A stretch of 64,000 nucleotides of DNA from Malacoraja senta (Eukaryota): positions 1,674,001-1,738,000 of the forward strand of contig CM075989.1 in assembly GCA_038087875.1 (NCBI GenBank), given 5' to 3'. Numbering within the stretch: the stretch's first letter is position 1; each line of letters begins with the position of its first letter. Shown piece after piece: positions 51,192-61,978 of the stretch. A model generated the notes under the pieces. That model saw only the letters and a list, made by a program, of their open reading frames with translations, was not told the DNA's origin and ran no database searches. Position numbers and translations under genes: made by a program.

Positions 51192-51402
51192 GTGTAGGAA
51201 GGAACTGCAGATGCTGGTTTAGACCGAAGATAGACACAAAAAGCTGGAGTAACTCAGTGGGACAGGCAACATCCCTGGAGAAAAGGTGACGTTTCGGGTC
51301 GAGACCCTTCTTCAGACTTGAAAGGTCTTGACCTGAAATGTCACCTATTACGTTTCTCTCGGGATGCTGTCTGACCCGCTGAGATACTCCAGCTTTTTGT
51401 GC
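51192..51402. mobile_element. Palindromic mini-Penelope
   Basis: Inverted ends; intact hammerhead-like core on the minus strand at 51288-51315. Confidence 0.75.
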
Positions 51403-51898
51403 CAGATTAAATCCTGAACTCCAGTGATGCCCTTCTGGAGTTTGCACATTCTGCCAGTTACTGCATGAGTTGCCTTCGGGTGCTCTGGCCTCCTCCTACG
51501 TCGCAACGTTGTGCAGCCTGGTCACTCTACGTTGCCCATAGTGATTGTTTAATTCATACTGTATTGTCACATGTACTTGGTACAGTGACATTCACAGCAA
51601 CACACAAGTATGCAAAGAGTCACCATGTATAGGGTGCTGACATAGTATTCAATATAGTCAGGATGGTCCCTCTTCTATGACCCATCCTCAACAGAACGGC
51701 AGCACACACGCAGGAAACAGCTCCCCGGCCCTCCTCCCACCAACGTCCCCCCTCGCGCGGGCGCGGGCCCGTCCTTGTTTGCGGCGGCCAGCGGCAGGCT
51801 GTCTGGCCCTGGTTGGCTTCACACTGGCTGCACAGCACTCGCCAGGAGTTCCCTTCTGCAAGTGGATGCATAGAAATGAAGGCAGAATAAAAATGGGA

Positions 51899-52101
51899 CG
51901 AAGATAGACACAAAAAGCTGGAGTAACTCAGTGGGACAGGCAACATCTCTGGAGAGAAGGAATGGGTGAGGTTTCAGGTCGAGACATCTTGACCCAAAAC
52001 GTCACCCATTCCTTCTCTCTAGAGATGCTGCCTGTCCTGCTGAGTTACTCCAGCATTTTGTTTCTATCTTCGATTTAAACCAGCATTTGCAGTTCCTACA
52101 C
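51899..52101. mobile_element. Palindromic mini-Penelope
   Basis: Inverted arms; 10-bp TSD AAAAATGGGA. Confidence 0.8.
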
Positions 52102-52164
52102 AAAAATGGGAGGGGTGTTGGATTGGTGTAAGATGCAAGGATTTTGTTTGTGGATTTTAGCTCT

Positions 52165-53242
52165 GTATTCAACACCATTGTGCCAGAGCTACTACACTCC
52201 AGACTCTCCCAGTTGACTGTGCCTGAACCCCTCTGTCAGTGGATCACCAGCTTCCTGACAGACAGGAAGTAGCATGTGAGCTGGGAAAGCACATCTCGGG
52301 CCCGCAAACCCTCAGCATTGGAGCACCGCAAGGCTGCGTACTCTACCCTCTCCTCTACTCTCTCTACACCAACGACTGCACCTCCACAGATACCTTTGTC
52401 AAGCTTCGCAAGCTTGCAGACGACACAACCCTGATTGGACTGATCCAGGATGGGAAGGAATCTGCCTACTGACACGAAGTGACACAGCGAGCGTCCTGGT
52501 GCCTTCGCAACAACCTGGAGCTCAATTCTCTTTAGACGGTGGAATTGATTGTAGACTTTAGGAGAGCTCCCCCTCCCCTCCACATCAACAACACCACAGT
52601 CACATCTGTGGAGTCCTTTAAGTTCCTTGGACCTTAAATAGGACGCCACCATTGACTCCACGGTCAAAAAGGCACAACAGAGGATGTACTTCCTACGGCA
52701 GCTGAGGAAGCACAATCTGCCACAGGCAATGATGGTCCAATTCTATTCAGCCATCGTAGAGTCTGTCCTCACCTTCTCCATCATGGTCTGGTTTGGCTCA
52801 GCCACCAAGCACATCCAGAGGCTGCAGCCAATCGTCCGATCAACCGAGAAGGTTATTGGCTGCAACCTTCCCCCCATCGATGAACTGTACACTGCAAGGG
52901 CCAGGAAGCGAGCGGGTAAGATCATCTCTGACCCCTCTCACTCTGGCCACAAATTCTTTGAACCATTTCCCTCTGGAAGGCGACTCCGGACTATCAAAGC
53001 CGCCACAGCCAGACATAAAACAGCGCTTTTCCATGAGCAGTAGCTCTACTCAATAAACAAAAGTCTGTAGCCTCCTTCTGCTCTGGTATTTTATTTAATT
53101 CCTCACATGTTTACATTATAATGTTTTATTTTTAATTGTCTACTGTATATCGTGTTGTTACTTGCGAGCAAAGCACCAAGGCAAATTCCTTGTATGTTTA
53201 CATACTTGGCTAATAACATTTATTCAATTCAATTGAATTCAA
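52165..53242 (+). mobile_element. Rex1/Babar LINE 3' fragment
   Basis: GAPQGCVLYPLLYSLYTNDC..LADDTTLIG; FYSAIVESVLTF; (ATTCA)n tail. Confidence 0.88.
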
Positions 53243-53337
53243 ATCATTCCAAGCAATACCCCAGAGAATCTCTCTCTCTTTCTCTTTCTCCATGGCCTTG
53301 ATTTTCATTCAAATGAAATGGTTTGTGGAGCTGCTTA

Positions 53338-53583
53338 GACTTTTAAACTTTACAGATACAGGAAACAGGCCCTTCGGCCCATCGAGACTGCGCAGTCCAG
53401 CGATCACGGCAAGCAAATTAACCGACAATCCTGTACGTCTTTGAGTGTGAGAGGAAACCGGAGCACCCAGAGAAAACCCACGCAGGTCACGGGAAGAACG
53501 TACAAACTCCGTACAGACAGTACCTGTAGTCAGGATGGAGCTGGTGCTGTAACGCAAAAACTTGCTGCACTACCGTGCCGCCC
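53338..53583 (-). mobile_element. HE1-like SINE (internally deleted)
   Basis: Body similarity. Confidence 0.75.
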
Positions 53584-53759
53584 TTGTTGAAAGTATTGGC
53601 TGTGACAAGACTCACAATATTGGTCAGAGTAAGGTTTTGAATGCTGCATCCAGTGAGGATTTATGGTCCAGATTATCATATGTCACAGCAGCTTCCACTC
53701 ACACTGATAGTTGTGCCATTCATGGTACTTGTCCCTGGGTTAGATGCATTAACAGCCAT

Positions 53760-54105
53760 GGAGTTATAGAGTGATACAGCATGGTAACATGCCCTCCAGC
53801 CCAACTTGCCCACACCGGCCAACAATGTCCCAGCTACACTAGTCCCACCTGCCTGTGCTTGGTCCATATCCCTCCAAACTTGTCCTATCCATGTACCTGT
53901 CTAACTGTTTCTTAAACGTTGGGATAGTCCCAGCCTCAACTACCTCCTCTGGCAGCTCGTTCCATACACCCACCACCCTTTGTGTGAAAAAGTTACTCCT
54001 CAGATTCCTATTAAATCTTTTCCCTTCACCTTGAACCGAGGTATTCTGGTCCTCAATTCCCCTAGGGCAAGAGATTCTCTACATCGACCGATCTATTCCT
54101 CTCAC
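53760..54105 (-). mobile_element. CR1 3' fragment
   Basis: Reverse complement of the 20605-20970 subfamily. Confidence 0.85.
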
Positions 54106-54231
54106 GACTGATGAATTTGCTTCTGTGCTTTTGCAATGCCAGTTTCTGGACTGGATATTGAGCGAGTTTGTCTGGTTTATGCACATATGTCATATGCACA
54201 AGTACGATGAGGCCCAGGTACAATGAAAATA

Positions 54232-54537
54232 GGCGGCACAGTGGCACAAACCGGAGAATTTGCTGCCTTACAGCGCCAGAGACCCGGTTTCGATCCTGAC
54301 TACGGGTGCTCTCTGTACGGAGTTAGTACGTTCTCTCTGTGACCCGCGTGGGTTTTCTCCGGGATTTCCGGTTTCCTCCCACACTCCAAAGACGTACAGG
54401 TTTGTAGGTTAATTGGCTTTGGTAAAAATAGTAAATTGCCCCTAGTGTTGGTGTATGGGGATTGCTGGTCGGCGCGGACTAAGTGGGTCGAAGGGCCTGT
54501 TTCCACGCTGTACTGTATGTGTAAACTAAATTAAACT
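54232..54537 (+). mobile_element. HE1-like SINE
   Basis: Full family structure. Confidence 0.85.
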
Positions 54538-55349
54538 ATTTGGTGACATACAAAATATTTTAAAACTTCTAAGGAAGCAGAGATGTTTGCATGCCTTTGT
54601 CGTGTGAATGGGCTAATTGCAGAGTTAGCTTCAGGGCTGGTTATATTTGTGTTACTAGACTTGTTGTGAAGTCCATTATTGGATTGATTGGCTTTGGTGT
54701 CAGTTGCAGTTTGGTTACATGACAGGTTACTGAGCTAATTATTCTGTTAATTATCAGCCCTGCTGGTGTGGCAAAGAAACAAAAAAAAAAAGAAAATGTC
54801 AAGCCAGTCCGTCAATAGCTGAACAAAAGGGTTCTGAGTAACACAGATGTGTACAGATGTGCCATGTATTACCAAGATGGCTGGCTTCCAATACTAATAC
54901 TGAATCCAATTTAAGACTATTGGCAAAAGATCTATAGGGGAGCAGAGGGATATGTTTAATAATACACTGTTATGAACTGGAATGATCTGTCTACTATGAA
55001 GCAGAAAGATAATACTTTGTTTAGAGTGGAAATTTGATGTGCTGCTGAAAGGGTACATGTCCACTGGTGTGGGGAGAAGGTGCAAGTGTGGAGCTGATTC
55101 AATGATTAATCCAAAGGGCTGACACGGGCACAGTGGGCCGAATGGCCTCATTCTTCATTGCTCTGTCTATGTGTTTATGCTTATTGTTGAGCTCACTTCA
55201 GGGCTCGTTATAATCAAATGTGATCCATTGGTACCCGTTTCTCATGTGCAAATTGATTACAAATGCCAGTTAACGAGTGCCTGGCAATATCGGTCTGGGT
55301 GTTTCCATGTCCATTACCATATGGACATGGTAATGGACATGGGCAAATG

Positions 55350-56186
55350 TTTGGCAGATGCAGTATAATGTGGATAAATGTGAGGTTATCCACTTTGGTG
55401 GCAAAAACAGGAAAGCAGACTATTATCTAAATGGTGGCCGATTAGGAAATGGGGAGATGCAGCGAGACCAGGGTGTCATGGTACACCAGTCATTGAAAGT
55501 AGGCATGCAGGTGCAGCAGGCAGTGAAGAAAGCGAATGGTATGTTAGCTTTCATAGCAAAAGGATTTGAGTATAGGAGCAGGGAGGTTCTACTGCAGTTG
55601 TACAGGGTCTTGGTGAGACCACACCTGGAGTATTGCGTACAGTTTTGGTCTCCAAATCTGAGGAAGGACATTATAGCCATAGAGGGAATGCAGAGAAGGT
55701 TCACCAGACTGATTCCTGGGATGTCAGGACTTTCATATGAAGAAAGACTGGATAGACTTGGCTTATACTCGCTAGAATTTAGGAAATTGAGAGGGGATCT
55801 TATAGAAACGTACAAAAGTCTTATGGGGTTGGACAGGCTAGATGCAGGAAGATTGTTCCCGATGTTGGGGAAGTCCAGGACAAGGGGTCACAGCTTAAGG
55901 ATAAGGGGGAAATCCTTTAAGACCGAGATGAGGAAAAACTTTTTCACACAGAGAGTGGTGAATCTCTGGAACTCTCTGCCACAGAGGGTAGTTGAGGCCA
56001 GTTCATTGGCTATATTTAACAGGAAGTTAGATGTGGCCCTTGTGGCTAAAGGGATCAGGGGGTATGGAGAGAAGGCAGGTACGGGATACTGAGTTGGATG
56101 ATCAGCCATGATCATATTGAATGGCGGTGCAGGCTCGAAGGGCCGAATGGCCTACTCCTGCACCTATTTTCTATGTTTCTATGTTT
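55350..56186 (+). mobile_element. Young CR1 3' fragment with an open ORF2 C-terminus
   Basis: ORF 55358-56092 is uninterrupted and nearly identical to 11492-11990. Confidence 0.92.
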
Positions 56187-56319
56187 CCCATCCCCAGCTC
56201 TTTCCACTTTCCATAGAGTCTGCTCCTTCTGCAACTCCTTGGTTCAATTATCTCTTCCCATCAAATCACCCCTCCCCAGGTACTTTCCCCTGAGACCGCA
56301 GGAGATGCAACACATGGGT

Positions 56320-56642
56320 GACATGGTGGCGCAGCGGCAGAGTTTCTGCCTTATAGCGTTTGCAGCGCCAGAGACCCGGGTTCGATCCTGACTATGGGTG
56401 CTGTCTGTACGGAGTTTGTGCGTTCTCCCTGTGACTGCGTGGGTTTTCTCCGCAATCATCGGTTTCCTCCCACACTCCAAAGACATACAGGTTTGTAGGC
56501 TAATTGGCTTGGTGTATGTATAAATTATCCCTAGTGTGTGTAGGATAGTGTTAGTGTGCGGGGATCGCTGGTCGGTGCGGCCTCAGTGAGCCGAAGGTCC
56601 TGTTTCCACGTTGTACCCCTAAACTAAACTATTCTAAACTAA
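56320..56642 (+). mobile_element. HE1-like SINE
   Basis: Full family structure. Confidence 0.85.
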
Positions 56643-56907
56643 AAAATATAAGTTATCGAGGGCCTGGCAATATTGGTCTGGGTGTTTCCATGGTCCATTA
56701 CCATGTGCCTGGATTCAACCACCGTCACACCTTCCCATCCCCAGCTCTTTCCACTTTCCATAGAGTCTGCTCCCTCTGCACCTCCTTGGTTCAATCATCT
56801 CTTCCGACCCAAACCACTCCCTCCCCAGGTACCTTCCCCTGCAACCGCAGGAGATGCAACACCTGCCCCTATAGTGTATGTCCTGCCTCACCTCCATCCT
56901 GTTGTTA

Positions 56908-57583
56908 ACAATTTCAAATTCAACTTCACATTTATTGTACATGCACTAATTAAGGGTAGAGTGATAGTTGAGTTCACTGTATTGTCTTCCATCACCGTGA
57001 AGAATGCTGATTCCACTGTGATGGAAGGCAATAAAGTTCAGTCAATTCCTCCTTTGTTCACCCGTGGTCGGGGCCTTCAACCCTCCGCAGTCACCGCTAC
57101 AGAAGTTCAGGCCCTCTCGTCGAGATGATCGAAACTCCGACGTCGGGACGGATCGGAACACACTCCGTGGCTTGGAGATCCCAAATCGGTACTGGAGACC
57201 GCGGCTTCACGATGTTAAAGTCCACAGGCCCTGCGGTTGGAGCTCCAACGCTGGCGATCCTCGGCAAAGGATGCCATCGCCCGCTCCGCGATGGTAAGTC
57301 CACGCTGCGCCTGATGCTTGAAGCTCTGGGCCGGTCTCCGGTCTGGACAGGCTGCACCAATCCGGTTGTTAGGCCGCGAGGGGGACGAACATGCGACAAG
57401 GAAAAAACTTGCATCTCCGTCGAGGTATGTGACTGGAAACGGTTTCCCCCTATTCCCACCCCCCCCCCCCACATCAAAACATACCGAGGGACATTAAAAA
57501 ATACATTTAGACACACTAAAAAATAACAAAAAAGTCAAAAAAAAACACGAGCTTCTGGTGAGGCTGCCGCTTGTGGCGCCACC
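56908..57583 (-). mobile_element. Non-coding GC-rich retroposon with Rex1-like tail
   Basis: GGTGGCGCC..GCAGCCTC head, T tract, G-run, shared CCCCCTC(CTC)GCGGCCTA motif with 37131-37149, GTACAATAAA tail. Confidence 0.6.
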
Positions 57584-57769
57584 TGGTGGTTTCATTCCTC
57601 TTCCCATTCCCATGCTGATCTTTATTTCCTGGGCCTCTTCCATTGCCAGAGTGAAGCCGCACATAAACTAAAGGAACAGCACCTCATATCCCACATGGGT
57701 AGCTTACAACACAGTTGTATAAATATTGAATTAATGGTCTTTCGGACGCGACCTGCAGCGGCACGGAGC

Positions 57770-58160
57770 GACGGAGCAGCAGTGGAGCAGCGGCATGGAG
57801 CGGTGGGGCAGCGGTGGGGCAGCGGTGGGGCAGCGGTGGGGGAGCGGTGGGGAGCGGTGGGGCAGCGGTGGGGCAGCGGTGGGGCAGCGGTGGGGCAGCG
57901 GTGGAGCAGCGGTGGAGCAGCAGTGGAGCAGCGGTGGAGCAGCGGTGGGGGAGCGGTGGGGCAGCGGTGGGGGAGCGGTGGGGCAGCGGTGGGGCAGCGG
58001 TGGAGCAGCGGTGGAGCAGCGGTGGGGCAGCGGTGGGGCAGCGGTGGAGCAGCGGTAGGGTAGTGGTGGCGCAGCGGTGGAGAAGCGGTGGGGCAGCGGT
58101 GGAGCAGCGGTGGAGAAGCGGTGGGGCAGCGGTGGAGCAGCGGTGGGGTAGCGGTGGGGC
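57770..58160. repeat. G-rich 11-bp minisatellite (GGTGGRGCAGC)n
   Basis: About 35 units directly visible. Confidence 0.95.
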
Positions 58161-58927
58161 AACGCTGGTGGATACTACCGGCTTCTCTGGGCCGGGCCGA
58201 CCGTGCAATGTTGCCAGGACAATGGGCCTTCATGGTCAGGTTAAGAACTCTAACCTGATAACAACTGGGACATATAACAAGTGGGAGTTGGAAATGGCTA
58301 CTCTAGCATACATATTCAGTGTTCCATTCCTATACACTTGTACTTAATCTAAGATTATGCTTATGTAAAGTAATACTCTTACTGAACTGAATGCAAAAAA
58401 GAATTTCAACGTACATCGGTACATGTGACAATAAACTACCATGTACCACATGCAAACTGCAGGACCAGCACTGCATATTCCACTTGACTAGCTGATGGTA
58501 AGCAATGGTATGAACTTGGAATTCCCCAAAATTTAGGTAACCTCTAACTAACCCCTCCCCCCACACCACTCTTTCTTCCCTCCCCGCCCTTCTCCTCCCC
58601 CCCTCTCCTACGCCTTACCCGAACTACCACCTATTTCTCCCATTCTCTCCAGAGATGCTGCCTCACCCGCTGAGTTCCTCCAGCATATTTTGTCTACCTT
58701 CGATTTAAACCAGCATCTGCAGTTCTTTCTGACACATAGTGCGAAGGGGTTAGCGTGGACTCGATAGGCCAAAGGGCCTCATTCCCTGCTCATTTCTCTA
58801 AACTAAATAAAACTAAACATGCAAGCAGAAGAGACCAATTTATCTTGGCATCATGTTTGGCATAGACACTGCGGGCCGAAGGGCCTGTTCCTGTGTTGTA
58901 CTGTGCTATGTTAGCACCATAGGAGAG

Positions 58928-59510
58928 ATGACACAAAGCTGGGTGGCAGTGTGAGCTGCCAGGAGGATGCTATGAAGCTGCAGGGTGACTTGGATAGGTT
59001 GGGTGAGTGGGCAGATGCATGGCAGATGCAGTATAATGTGGATAAGAGGTTATGTATTCTTGTATTCACAGGAATTTAGAAAGATGAGAGAGGATCTTAT
59101 AGAAACATATAACATTCTTAGGGGATTGGACAGGCTAGATGCAGAAAAATGTTCCCCATGTTGGGGGAGTCCTGAACCAGGGGTCACAGTTTAAGAATAA
59201 GGGGTAGGCCATTTCGGACTGAGATGAAGAAAAACTTTTTCACCCAGAGTGCTGTGAATCTGTGGAATTCTCAGCCACAGAACGCAGTGGAGGCCAATTC
59301 ACTGGATATTTTCAGAGAGGGTTAGATATAGCTCTTAGGACTAACGGAATCAAGGGACATGGGGAGAAAGCAGGAATGGGGTACTGATTTTAGACAATCA
59401 GCCATGGTCATATTGAATAGTAACTGGCTCGAAGGGCCAAATGGCCTACTCCTGCACCTATTTTCTATGCTTCTATGTTCCCTAAGCTGGGTTCTATGTT
59501 CTATGTTCCT
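58928..59510 (+). mobile_element. Internally deleted CR1 fragment
   Basis: DDTKLGG segment fused to the 3' end. Confidence 0.8.
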
Positions 59511-60734
59511 GAGTCAGAACAAACACTCTCTAATCAAGTTCAGGTTCAGGTTCAAGTGAGTTTATTGTCATGTGTCCCTGATAGGACAATGAAATTCTTG
59601 CTTTGCTTCAGCACAAGAGAACATAGTAGGCATTGACTACAATCTAACCCTACCTTCCAGCAGGTCACAACTCATCCGGTATAATCCAACTACTTTATCA
59701 ATGTGGTGAGAGGTTTTTCCTTCCTCTCACCCTTTCAGGCAGTGAGTTCAAGACCAGATCTACCCTCTGGGTCAGGGCAAAGTCCTTGTGAAATTCCTCG
59801 GCCTACCCACCAGTGTAGGTGGTGACCAGAATTGTACCCAACACTGAAGCTGACAGGGGTTTAAGACACATTTATGTCCCAGCATGGATCAGATTGAGTT
59901 CAACAGGCAGTTTCCGCCTGTACTTTCTCTTCCTCTATATTATTTTTCTCTCCATCTCATGTGCAGGATAAGTGGATGAAAAATAGTGCATTTTATTTAG
60001 AACCAATCTAGCATCATCAAGTTGATCTGACTATGAAAAAAACAAAACTTATAGAAACTAACCATTTTTCAACGAGGCGCAGATATTAAATGTGTTCGAG
60101 ATTGAAAACACATTGTTCTAGGAACATCAATCAGTTATATATTACATTCCTGAAAGTGTACGATCAACTTAAACTTACTTACAGTATATGAATTGAATAA
60201 AAGCATATCCATCCGTCTGAGGGATAGGTTTTCGAGTAAAACAAAATCAATAACTCTTATTTTTAGGAAATATGATACCAACAGGAAACTTTCTTTCATC
60301 ATTATTTTTGCAACTGGTCTCATTTTGCTAAGTGCTGTTGCATATATACTTTATTTAAATGCCAAATGTTCTCTCTGAATTTCCACTCATCTTACCTGAG
60401 TTCTGACAGTCTGCCCACATCTTCCCCTTTTCAGTTAACCCTTTCCCTAAACTATTGCTTTTGTGTTTCTCTGTGTGAATAAAAGAAGCACTGATTCACG
60501 AGAAAATATTTCAGAATTTACAAGTGACGCCAGGTTCTGAGTGCTCAGTTTTATCACCTTGCCATGTGTGAAAATTTCAAACTTCTTTGGAGTGGTATAA
60601 TTGGAAGGAAAGGTGTGAGTATCGGAAGAGGAGATGGCAGCAGATGTGAAAATAGAGCAACTTTAAAAAGAAAATGAATATAATCTTGAAATTTTGCAAG
60701 AGGAAAGTGCAAAGTAGGGAAGGTAAATGATTTA

Positions 60735-61030
60735 TTTTAGTTTAGTTTAGAGATACAGCATGGAAACAGGACCTTCAGCCCACTGAGTCCGTGCCGACCA
60801 GCGATCCCTGTACACTCACACTATCCTACACACACTGGAGACAATTTACAATTCTACAAAGCCAATTAACCTACAAACATGTATGTCTTTGTACTGTGGG
60901 AGGAAACCGGAGCACCCAGAGAAAACCCACACAGGTAATGGGTAGAATGTACAAACGCTTGCACAAAGCACCCATAGTCAGGATCAAACCCAGACTCTAC
61001 TGCTGTAGAGAAGCAACTCTGGCCATTGTG
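60735..61030 (-). mobile_element. HE1-like SINE
   Basis: Body and tail. Confidence 0.8.
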
Positions 61031-61528
61031 ACCTTAGTTAGACTTGAGTCTGAAGGATTCCAACCTGAAATGTCACCCACTCCTTTCCTCCGAAGATGCT
61101 GCCTGACCCTCTGAGTTACTCCAGCATTTTGGGTCTATCATTGGTATAGACTAGCATCTGCAGTTTTTCCCGACACTTATTTTACTTGCTGTTTTCACAT
61201 TTACCAAGCCTCTCCCAAGATACCTTTATGACCAAGTTGAGCTTCCACAGTCCACAACTGAATGCAATTAGTTGGCACCCCTCAGAGATACAGGTCAATG
61301 TTTGGATTATACTAAAGGTTTCAGTAGTAAGGATGCTAAAAACACAATGCCCCACAAAGCTCCTTTAATCTTTGCCCCACTCACTTCAAAGCGATGCCCT
61401 CTAGTCTTTGTAATTTCCAGCCTGGGAAATCGGTTCTGATTGTCTGCCCTATCTATGGAATAGGAATACTTTATTGTCACATGTGACTAGGCACAGTGAG
61501 ATTCCTTGCTTGCATACACAATGTATAC

Positions 61529-61977
61529 AAATAGTAAGATTAAACGAGAACTTACCAGTTTGAAGTTTGATCTTTATTTTATGAGGAGTTACGTTGAGGG
61601 ATTACGTGAAGACCCCGCCAGCCCGCATGCGCATCAATCTTCAAAGCAGCGGTGTGAAATCACAGATAACAGTAGTCGAACTAAACATAGTAAGATAAGA
61701 GAACTAGCATACCAGCTGACCTTTATGATAGAGGGTTGGGAGTGGAGGGCACGTAATCCCTCAACGTAACTCCTCATAAAATAAAGATCAAACTTCAAAC
61801 TGATAAGTTCTTGTTTAATCTTACTATTTACTTCGGAGTCACGTGAGTGACTACGTGAGATTTCAAAGCTCTGTGATTTCATGCCGTGGAAACGAGTCAA
61901 TGCGTCACACACTGCATCAGTTGACCAATGATGAGTGAACATTAATAATACATTCAGACATGACATAGATATAGACA
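61529..61977 (-). mobile_element. 3' end (right ITR + ICR) of a DIRS1-type element
   Basis: Colinear with 12703-13120; 61529-61608 is inverted at 61750-61829. Confidence 0.88.
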
Positions 61978-61978
61978 A

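Larger units (their letters stand above)
8800..60660 (-). pseudogene. Putative decayed host gene with very large exons, fragmented by transposons; product unidentified, possibly a heavily N-glycosylated extracellular protein
   Basis: Unique inter-repeat DNA repeatedly gives long minus-strand frames with scattered stops (60659-60447, 54730-54540, 51176-50946, 48420-48030, 24845-24590, 22045-21560, 18290-18010). Minus-strand acceptors lie at 60661, ~54760 and ~22046, and GTAAG donors at 60395 and 18009. The span is inferred, not proven. Confidence 0.45.

Noticed and set aside
51700..51850. Small CpG-rich patch as a promoter
   Set aside because: Very short and adjacent to a retroposon-type tail; probably part of a repeat.
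57622..58347. Multiple Pro/Gly-rich ORFs on both strands
   Set aside because: Translation of the 11-bp minisatellite.
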